Shown: positions 54,071-64,000 of the stretch, in pieces
How the letters are laid out: each line of letters starts with the position of its first letter
Position numbering within the stretch: position 1 is the first letter of the stretch
Source: Styela clava
Lineage: Eukaryota
NCBI RefSeq assembly: GCF_964204865.1
Contig: NC_135257.1
Span: forward strand, 2,976,001-3,040,000
DNA: 64,000 nucleotides
Direction: 5' to 3'
Program-made: the position numbers and the translations under genes
Notes under the pieces: generated by a model
The model's input: only the letters and a program-made list of their open reading frames with translations
What the model was told of the DNA's origin: nothing
Database searches by the model: none

Positions 54071-56466
54071 TTATTCATATATAAATTCGATTCCTGTTTC
54101 TTTCATCTTTTCTTCAACTTGTCTATCTATTTCATCAGATTGTTCCGCGGTAAAATAGTTTTTCCACTTGCCAATGGTTCCTGAAATATAATAACTCACT
54201 AAGAAAGGGAAGAATTAAAGACAAATATACAAATTCGTGGCTAAACAGCATACAAAACTATCTAATAAATATACCAAAACACAAGTATTGCAGCATAATC
54301 TTATGACGCAACGAACTAATTTATAAAACTTTTGTACCTGTAAAGCATTGCTTAGTTGCATGGCGATTCATTCCATCTTCTGATTTCGATTCCATATCCG
54401 ACTTCTTCATGTTGTCAATTGAACAATTTTTAACTATTTCATAGATTTCGTCATCTGATAGTTCTACTCCCAAGAATTCTGACAACTCTTTTGTTTTTTC
54501 GAAAGGATTCTTGATATAAAACAAAATACATTTTGAGGTCAGGCTGTAAGAAATGTCATCTCATATCAATTACACAGTAATTCGCATTATACACTCATGT
54601 TTGTACGTATACAACGTATTCCATTTTTAAAGCTAGTTGTATGATAAAATTTCAAAACATAGAAATATTTCAAAATTAAAATTTTTTAAACAGACATCTT
54701 TTAGATGGCTTGATTGAGTGATCATTTGTTGTTGTTCAGAATTAGTTCAATATGGATTACTTTTATCATTTCTTCATACACGATCAATATTGCATTCTTG
54801 TTGTTTTTTATATGCGGCAGCCAACTCAAAATGTGATCCAAATATGATTCTCCTTTTCGTATGGCCAGAGGAAGAGGATCTAATTGAATAAAATTTTCTA
54901 TTTATTTTCTAATTGATTATTTTATTATTTTCAATCCAATGTCGTTTGCCTGATAATTGATGCTTTTCAAAGGAATTTTTGTATTAGACAATTAAAAAAA
55001 AAGGTTTTCAATAAACGTTTTTTGACATTAAAGATCCCAGTTATTTAACCAAAATACTTTGGACTAGACACTAAATCTTTGGTCTCTTTCTGGCATAAAA
55101 TAATATTGTATGTAAATAATCGCTTTCACTAAACATTTTTCGACATTAGATTTTAGTTATTTAAGCAAAATACTTTGGATTATCGACTACATTTTTTGCA
55201 TTTTCATAAAATAACATTGTTGTTTGTCCCCAGTCTGTGAATGCTATTACCTTTCATTTGTCGTTCAAAATAATCGTTCCAATCATCGGGTGAAAATCTT
55301 GCTAATTCACCCTGCCAAGGAAATCCCTTAACAAAATGAAAGAACGATACCAGCCTGTCCTTTGGATTCCGCAATGTGTAAACGATCTGAAGAATGATCA
55401 CAAATAAAATTTTTCATTGCTTGTTTATTCATATTTTGTAAATACAATTTAAATTGTTTACTAAGTGGCATATAATACAGCTCTTCACTATGTTATATTT
55501 TACTTTTGTAAATCTATAATATCACTTCGAATGATCGATAGAATATTTTATTTCCAGAATTTTATTCTCTTAGCTTATATATACGTAACATAGGCTTGCC
55601 TTTATGTTCCTTTTTTCGTATTTTTCTAAATTCACCAATTCAGCTGGTAGATGTGTAACAAAATATCTTCTAGGTATAGGAATATTGTGCATGACATTGA
55701 ACTTTGAAGCTAAAATATACGACGACAACCATCAAGCATAAGTTATCACTTTGAAATAGCGACATTTGAGAAATCTACATAGTATTAAATAAATAACAAG
55801 CGTACTGTGTTTGGGAAAAACAATGTTGTAGTGTATATTGAATTGTCTATTTTGAATGGAAGTAAAAATCATCAGTGCTATATAGGGCTCATTGTATGTT
55901 ATTTACGTTTTAAAATGCCAACAAACAGTATCAAAGCAAACCCAATAGTAGGGCTACAAACGCGATAACATTGATCACGGTTTTTCTTAGTAAAAACAGT
56001 TGTAAGTGGGCATTCAATAGAATGATATGTATTTGTAACAATGTATCTATTAATTTCTACAATAACCTACGTGTACATGTTTCAAGATACAAATGCGGTA
56101 AAGTGATATCTTTTGTCAGTTTATCAAGTTTTTCGTCTCTTCCATACAATATCTGACGAATAATTTCTCGAGTCCATGTTGTGCCTAAAAAGAATACATA
56201 ACTTGATATTGTCTGTCATTTTTCTGTTTCTTTTATTTGTAACTATTTTTTAAACCTGTTTTTACACACGATGCCACCATCACTTCGTTTTCTCTTGGCT
56301 CATGATGATCGAATGCATAAGATACTGTATCTGGATGGAACTGCGGAATGAATAAATGATCATTCCATTCTAGAACTTTGTCTTCTGGAGAGTATGTGAA
56401 AGTATCTTGGAAATGGACGAAGTCTTTCTGGCACCATTCAGGTAGTTCTTGTTTTAGATTTGCCAT
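54071..56466 (-). CDS. Cytosolic sulfotransferase, array copy 9 (terminal copy), intact, 323 aa
   Basis: Exons 56466-56256, 56184-56071, 55709-55600, 55386-55251, 54879-54761, 54509-54338, 54180-54071. TGG at codon 181 (C at 55279); splice sites intact. Confidence 0.93.
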
Positions 56467-58604
56467 AGAGTTTATTATTTACAAAAAACACTGCAATTAT
56501 ATGAAAGGGCCAAGTCTTGCATATTCAAATAAAATTTGATTGCATTGAAATAATAATATATAAAAGAAAAGTGTCAACCTTCTTATATTTAAACTACCTT
56601 TGCTCGGTCGTAAAACTCCATAAAATGTATTTTGAACAAAACACTGAACCTGACTTTATATCTGCCGTGTTAAATGTAGTAAAATCGTCATTATGATATA
56701 ATAAAAGAGTTTATCCGTAAGAATGTAGCATGCGATATTATTTATTTTAGAAATTAATTCAGTCCGATGGAACCATATCGTAACAACATGAATTATAATT
56801 AAACTTGAAAGAGATGTAACTTAACTATTCGATAGCAACAATATTCATATTGTCATCCAAAAAAAACTACCAATCCCACTATTCCACAGACCCAGTAGAT
56901 CAGGTGCTAAACAGGAAACGAAACCATAAGAATGATAAGCACTCGCGCTATTTTCCCCCTATAAGCAACAGTAATTAAATAAGAAGCTGTTCCATTTAAT
57001 ACTGCCATCCGAATTATATTTTTGTAGTCACTGTGTCTATTACGTTCGGATTTGGGTATAATCCACCCGTTTTAAGAATTTGAATTTAAGAATCCTACTT
57101 TTCTACAAGCCCAGTGAGGTCTTTCCTGTAGACAACAGTAATTAAATTAAAGATTGTGTATTCAATATTGACGTCTGAATTCTATTTTTGTAGTCACTGC
57201 ATCTATTATAGATGCGGATTTGGGTAGAATCCAAGTGTTTTCAGGATTGGCATTCGTCAGATAGTCTAAGTCGTATTAATGATTCCTTATTGAATTTCAC
57301 ATATTAACGCTCTCGTTTTGTCCGTTTGCCACTACAAATCTTGGCGCAAACAATGTTTAATCCAAATGATGTGTGGTGTGGTACAAATGATTGGTCTCAT
57401 AGGTTCTGTTGAAATATCACACATATCTAAAGTATTCAATCACAAATTATTATTAATTAGAAAATTTGCTGATAAATCATCTATCTATATTTCGGCAAAG
57501 TATAAGTACCTTAAATCACAAATTATTATTAATTAGAAAATTTGCTAATAAATCATGTATCTATATTTCGGCAAATTATGTGTACCTTGAATTGGCATTT
57601 AGTATATTCGATTCGATTTCCTGGTTTCGAACGGCTTTCCAAAGCTTATTGTCAAGGCCAGTTTCGTCTCATATTTGTTTCTTTATTGTGGCCTGAATGC
57701 CAAAAAAAAAACAAGTAGCGCTAGTGACGGGCTAGGTCCATCACGAGTATTTAGTGCTCTGCAAGTCTCTCTGCAACTTCAACTATTAATGCACGAGTAC
57801 CTTAAAAGCACATCTAAATAAGCACTGCAAAGTAGTTGGAAGTTACAACTAATGTACGTTCTTATTGCCAGAGTCAATTATTAACCTGCTTGACCGACAT
57901 ATATTCCTCTGTAGAATACAAACCTTTTTTTAGTAAACAGTATCATTAGAGTGGTCTCGATAGCTACAATGTAAGGCGATTGAAGTTGTGCAAACAAAAC
58001 TCAATTTCCAGGCAGTTCAAATACTGTACGGTGTACGCAATATATATTACTAAGTGGGTTGGTTTGGCATACGAATAGGTTTTTCAATGAATAGGTTTTT
58101 GAACTATACCGGTTCCATTCAATGTTCATGCTTAAACCTTGGCAATGTGACCATTTGCAACTCTGAAGTCATTTGTGATTAAATTGGTATTTCTATATTA
58201 TATCTAGAATAGAAAACGTACCATATTATACTTTCATATGCATTAGTAGCTTTTTGGCCCCGGGAAGGGGCTGATTAAACTTTTGCTTATAAAGATAAAA
58301 TACCAATCATTTTTATTCATACGCGTAAGCTTAATACCATTTTCTTTTATTGGACCAGTATAACTAGTAATGACTCGCTGTTTAGAAAGGTGTAAGTTTG
58401 AATATAGGATAAATGTAAAAATAAAATTTGAATAATTATCAGTCACGTACTTGACCACATGAAATTATTACATATTCAAGAGAAACGGGCCATACTTGGT
58501 GAAGAGAAGGTAAAGTGAATTTAAATGTGTGTTTCATTGCATGGAAATTAACGAAAACGTTTAAATTCTCACAATGTCATTATTCAAGAGGCTTTCTGAA
58601 CACT

Positions 58605-59590
58605 AAGAAAAATATATTTATGTAAAGTTTTATCTGGTCAGACTTTCTCAAACCACATTATTCAACTGCAACTGGAAGAGAATCCACGCACATTTATACA
58701 ATGGGTGTCATAGCAACATAAGGTTATCATACCATTTAGAGTTTCGCATGATAGAGAATCCATAAAATTGATGATTGTAGAATTTAACAGTGGAGAACTC
58801 CGATAAAGGATTTGAGAGATTGAACAGAGTATTTCACCGCTTCGGATTTGAATAAAAATTCTAACTTAAACAATGGTGTCATTTGTTTCTCACAATTGAA
58901 TGTTATAGGTCAGGGAGACAAAATAATTTTGCGGATTTTTCAAAATGTTGACGACATTCCCGGCCATATGGGATTTACATCTGATTGAAGCATCAAGAAA
59001 AACAAAAAAATCAATTTAACCAGTGTGTTTCATATTTACCAATGCCCTCATTCCTTGTGGTTTATGCGTCTCAAGTAGATGAATTAAATACGATTGTTGT
59101 TTTTTCGGTAAATGTAGGCTTGAAATAGTTTTTCAATGCCGATTACACTAAGTCTTTGAGTGGATGTCCAGATTGGTAGAATTGAGCACCGACGATCATG
59201 TCTTTGTTTTTGATTGAATACTTCTAATATATTCTGTGATCCGATATTCTAGATATCTTCCTGTTTCTTCAAGTACTGCATGTCACAATGGTTGCAGTTT
59301 ATCTATAGTAGATGACGTTTTCCATGTGTTGCACGTGGTTTCATGATAATATTTGGTTGAATAGTTCTGTGTCTGTTCAAACCTTAAAATTCCCTATCGC
59401 AGTGCCCCACTGTTAATCAATTATCTACAATAACCGATTTTATTGATTCTTCAACATTCGTTAACTCCCATTCCCATAAAAGTTTTATATTGCTATGATA
59501 CCCATCGTATAAATGTGCATGCAATTTCTCTTCTTGTTGTAGTTGAATATTGTTCATCTGACGAAGCGTTTACAAAAATATATTTTGTGG
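58605..59590. repeat. Old diverged inverted repeat (arms about 58605-58828 and 59370-59590)
   Basis: Colinear matching blocks between the + arm and the reverse complement of the other arm, e.g. GCACATTTATACAATGGGTGTCATAGCAAC vs GCACATTTATACGATGGGTATCATAGCAAT; also TATTCAACT, TTAACAGTGG, TTGAACAGA. Confidence 0.7.
59046..59340 (-). mobile_element. Decayed Penelope-like element, GIY-YIG endonuclease fragment
   Basis: Manual translation across about 4 frameshifts: NVIY / INCNHCDMQY / ETGRYLEYRITEYIRSI / KDMIVGAQFYQSGHPLKD / SVIGIEKLFQAYIYRKKQQSYLIHLLETHKPQGM. This follows the PLE pattern NVIY..CxxC..Y.GETGR....R..E...GH...E...P.G. Confidence 0.75.
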
Positions 59591-60476
59591 TGGTGTGCAG
59601 CAAGACTATCGAATCATTTAGTATAGTTTCTTCACTCTTGTCATAACATCCTCGCATTATATTTATCATTATATCGACATAAAGGCATCGAAAACCGATA
59701 AGTAGTTAGACCCGTAGGAATCTAATCGATAACAAATATTTTCATAATGATTGTTATCTATTGTCACATGATGCATACCTATGTTACTGCGCGGTTCCGG
59801 TAGCATTCTACATGACTTTGCGCATGAGTTATTTTCTGCCTATATCCTGAGTGGGTGCGAGTGACCGTGCTTTGGATAAATTTCAATAAATTTTCAATTT
59901 AATTAGTTCAATTTGAATGATAATAGAAAGATTTTTCTATTCTGTCATCATAAAACCCGAATCGGTAACACATGAAAGCCTGATATCAACTAATTTCTGA
60001 GCTCATCTTAACAATCTCAAGCGTAATAACTGTCTGATTGATTTATCAAGATTAGTCTCATCTTTAATAAATTTATTATATGCAAATTCAACGACCTAAT
60101 ATACTTAATACAATATACTTGAATTACCATTTATTACATAATACATTCTAATACATTATAAACATTTGATACGTGGTAAATATATAATTTAATTCTAGGA
60201 AAATTATAAAAATTATACATTCAATATTAATATTATCAGATATTTTTTAACTCACGAGAGCTCAAGGGGCTAGAATATCTAAAATATATGAAATATTAAA
60301 CGACCAAATTAAACTTTTTAGTGAAAAAAGACTAAAATTACCAGTATATTTCTTAGTACATTAATTGCAAGCTAAGCAATTGGCAAGAGTAATAAAGTAG
60401 TTCTCGAATGTGCTTCTAGTCGGTCTAGGGCCTATAAGTGATAAATTCAAATAAGATGATATCACACGATAAAAAC

Positions 60477-63400
60477 TTATTCATATATAAATTTGATTCC
60501 TGTTCCTTTCAACTTTTCTTCAACTTGTCTGTCTATTTCAGCAGATTGTTTCTCAGTGAAATAGTTTTTCCATTTGCCAATGGTTCCTGAATAATACAGG
60601 AATCACATGACTCACAAATAGGGGGAAAGGATTGAAGATAGATATAAAAACAGCATGAACTTTTCTGAAAAGCTATCTAATAAATAAATATACCAAAGCA
60701 CATGTAGTGCAGAAAAATCTCATAGCGACTAAACTCATTTTTATGAAACTTTTGTACCTGTCAAGCATTGAGTAATTGCATGGCGACTCATTCCGTCTTC
60801 AGATTCCGACTCCATATCCGACTTCTTCATGTTATCAATGGAACAATTTTTAACTATTTCATAGATTTCGTCATCTGATAGTTCTACTCCAAGGAATTCT
60901 GACAACTCTTTTGTTTTTTCGAAAGGATTCTTGATATAAAACAAAATACATCTCAAAGTCAAGCGTTAAAACCCTATCTCCCTGAGTTTCCTGGGGCCAT
61001 TTTGTATGGTCTTTTCCGAATTTTTCGTTATCGTCAACCATTAGGCCCTTAATCAGCGTATTCTAGAGTTCTTTTCCGCGAGATGACGCTAACGCGCGTG
61101 TCCAACTGTCCAATATTATTTCACAGATGCGACCTCGTGTCCAAAAATTGGTACTCCCGTAGTATGTGAACGAAGATGATGGACATTGGAACGTAGTATG
61201 TGTACCAGGTTAGGGTTAGGCCATAATTTCAGGTACAAATACTACGGGAGTCACTTGGCAAGTCGCCGAAATCGCAATAGAACTAAAATAAGGAAAATTG
61301 GAATAAAATTATGGCTTAACCCTAGCCTGGTACACATACTACGTTCCGATGTCCGCCATTTTGGTTCGCATACCACAGGAGTACCCAAAAGTTTGTAGCT
61401 ATTGTGTCTAATAAAGGATTAGGCTTAATTATAGGTAATTAATTTTAATCTGATTTTTTTCTTGTGTTATTTTCCAACAAAACGATACCACAACCATTAT
61501 CATAGCTATAATAGTTACCGATAAATTTACAATTGTATTCACGGAATTTGCAAATTCAACTTCACTTGATTTGATAACGTCACGCCCTAATTATTACCAC
61601 ATAGAAGCTTTTACTTCCTATCCTTATTTGTAATTTTATCACACTACCACCATTTCACTATGAACATTTTTAAATCAATGCTATTTATACTTTAGACGGT
61701 TTCTGACCATGCTAACGCGTTTTATTGCTTGCGTTCACTACATGCGTTAATGATAAAACGTATAAGTATAATATATTAACTCTTATTAACCATTCAAAAA
61801 CCATATATGACTAAGCACTTCATAAACATCCCGACTAGATAAGATTTGAAATGTTATCTAATACCACACACGAGTAATTCTCATTATACAATCATATTTG
61901 TACGTACACAACGTAACCCATTTTTAGTTGGTTGTGTGATAAAATTTCAGAACATAGATATATTTCAACATTAAAATTTCATTCAAACATTCCGGAGTGA
62001 GGTTTTGAAAAAATGTCTTATTAGCTGACTTGATTAAGTGATCAGTCATTGTTGTTCAGAATTCTATCAAAATGGATTACCTTTATCATTTCTTCATACA
62101 CTATCATTATTGCGTTTTTGTTGTTTTTTATATGCGGCAGCCAACTTAAAATGTGATCCAAATATGATTCTCCTTTTCGCATAGTCACAGGAAGAGGATC
62201 TAATTGAATAAATAAAAAATTATACATTTTCAATCAAATGTCGATTGTCAGATGATTGATGCTTTTTAACGGAATTTTTATGTCACAACTTTTTTTTCAG
62301 TTGTTTCAGTTATTTAATTAGGCAGAATACTTTGGAATAAAGACTTTTTCTGAGATTGAAAGCTTGTTGTTTATCCCATGTTAGTGGATGCCATCACCTT
62401 TCAGTTGTTGTTCAAAAAATTCGTTCCAATCGTCGGGTATAAATTTTGCTAATTCACCCTGCCATGGAAATCTTTTAAAAAAATTAAAGAACGATACCAG
62501 CCTGTCCTTTGGATTCCGCAAGGTGTAAACGATCTGAAAAATGATCACAATAAAATTTTCATTGCTTGTTTATTTATATTTTTTAAATACAATTTCAATT
62601 GTTTACCAAGTGATATGTGAAACACATCTTAACTATATGTTATGAATTTGGTGGTATCATTACTTTTGTAAATCTAAAATATCACTTTTAATGATCGATA
62701 TATTATTTTGTTTACAGAATAATATTCTTTAAGCTATATTCTACTAAAGCAGGGGTGGGCAACTTCTCTAGTCGGCGGGCCAGATGTGGGAATATGCAGT
62801 TCTCGGCGGGCCGAATTATAATATGAATAGTATTCAATATCTTAATCACATATTTATTCGCTAATGCAAGAAAGAAAATTATAAATCGCGTTTAAAGTAA
62901 AGTTTAAACTACAAAAAAATATAGACCAAAAAACACATAATGAATTTATCATAATCTACTAAAAGTGTAATAATGTAATATCATAATGTACTGATGTACA
63001 GTCAGCGGGCCGGTCAGAATCTCGTCGCGGGCCGTATGTCGCCCACCCCTGTACTAAAGCTTGCCTTTATATTCCTTTTTTTGTATTTTTCTAAATTCAC
63101 CAATTCAGCTGGTAGATGTGTAACAAAATATCTTCTAGGTATAGGAATATTGTGCATGACGTTGAACTTTGAAGCTGAAAAATACGACAGCAATCAAGCA
63201 AGTTATTACTTCGAAATAGAGACATTTGAAGAAATCTACATAGTATTGAATAAATAACAAGCGTACTGTGTATGAGAAAAGCAAAGCTGCAGGTAACATT
63301 GAATTGCTATTTTAAATGGAAGTAAAAATCATTCGTGCTATAGACTCTATAGACAGAGGACACGTTGTGTGTAATATAAGTTTTAAAATGCCAACAAATC

Positions 63401-63930
63401 ATAGCAAACTCAATAGCTAGAATACCAACGTGATAACATTAATCACGATTTTTCTTAGAACAAACAGTTGTGAGTGGGTATCCAATAGAATGATATGTAT
63501 TTAAAACAATGTAGATATTAATTTCCAAAAACACCTACGTGTACATGTCTCAAGATACAAATTCGGTAAAGTGATATCTTTTGTCAATTTATCAAGTTTT
63601 TCGTCTCTTCCATACAATATCTGACGAATAATTTCTCGAGTCCACGTTGTGCCTGAAAAGAATACATAACTTGTGATTGTCATATTCCTATTTCTTTTAT
63701 TTGTAACTATTTTTTAAACCTGTTTTTGCAACCGATGCCACCATCACTTCGTTTTCTCTTGGCTCATGGTGATCGAAAGCATAAGATACTGTATCTGGAT
63801 GAAACTGTGGAATGAATAAATGATCATTCCATTCTAGAACTTTGTCCTCTGGAGAGAATGTGAAAGTGTCTTGGAAATGAACGAAGTCTTTTTGGCACCA
63901 TTCAGGTAGTTCTTGTTTCAGATATGCCAT
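60477..63930 (-). CDS. Older cytosolic sulfotransferase paralog, intact, 323 aa, about 91% aa identical to the array gene
   Basis: Exons 63930-63720, 63652-63539, 63174-63065, 62533-62398, 62199-62081, 60929-60758, 60586-60477 have the same lengths as in the array gene. I count about 30 aa differences and no stops. Introns are diverged and expanded. Confidence 0.93.
61150..61385. mobile_element. MITE with TIRs of about 80 bp in paralog intron 5
   Basis: GGTACTCCCGTAGTATG...CCATAATT is mirrored by AATTATGG...CAGGAGTACC. Flanks CAAAAATT / CAAAAGTT resemble an 8-bp TSD (7/8). Confidence 0.85.
62750..63051. mobile_element. Non-autonomous hAT (Charlie-like) MITE in paralog intron 3
   Basis: TIRs CAGGGGTGGGC...GCCCACCCCTG, perfect 8-bp TSD TACTAAAG (62742-62749 and 63052-63059), subterminal GCGGGCC repeats. 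Absent from the array gene's intron. Confidence 0.92.
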
Positions 63931-64000
63931 AATAGTTATTATTTTGAATAAAGAACTGAAATTATATAAAAGTCTCAGTCTTTCAAATTCTAAGTAGAAT

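Larger units (their letters stand above)
1..58322. repeat. Head-to-tail tandem array of a 6551-bp unit, each carrying one SULT gene (8 complete units plus a partial unit at left)
   Basis: The same ORF set recurs at a 6551-bp period (ATG at 822, 7373, 13924, 20710, 27261, 33812, 43364, 49915, 56466). Offsets are explained by the gap (+236, with a 1-bp homopolymer loss) and the LINE (+3002, with a 1-bp loss). Identity to the unit ends abruptly after ...TTTTATTCATAC at 58322. Unit junctions follow 2678, 9229, 15780, 22566, 29117, 35668, 45220 and 51771. Confidence 0.98.

Noticed and set aside
59555-59580. CTGACGA as a Penelope-associated hammerhead ribozyme core
   Set aside because: No properly placed stem II and GAAA downstream.
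61208-61220. Interstitial telomere
   Set aside because: Only about two TTAGGG units, and they are part of a MITE TIR.

Overview
AT-rich eukaryotic (probably invertebrate; species not identifiable from sequence alone) genomic DNA. Positions 1-58322 are a very recent head-to-tail amplification of a 6551-bp unit: 8 complete units plus a partial one, near-identical by eye, continuing off the left edge. Each unit carries a 7-exon, minus-strand cytosolic PAPS-dependent sulfotransferase (SULT) gene predicted to encode 323 aa, with a GC-AG intron 3. Of the 8 complete copies, five share one nonsense change (W181 TGG>TGA), one has lost the intron-6 GT donor, and two look intact. One unit has a young, 5'-truncated Tx1/L1-type retrotransposon (about 3.0 kb, unbroken RT ORF, A42 tail). 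A 200-N assembly gap makes true copy number uncertain. Right of the array are a spacer with a decayed Penelope-like GIY-YIG remnant inside an old inverted repeat, then an intact older SULT paralog (about 91% aa identity by my count) with two intronic MITEs. Both paralogs lack the Arg-Lys of the canonical RKGxxG motif. I found no convincing novel multi-gene system. The best leads are the mostly disabled SULT amplicon and the atypical cofactor-binding motifs. Exon boundaries, SNPs and identities were read by eye.
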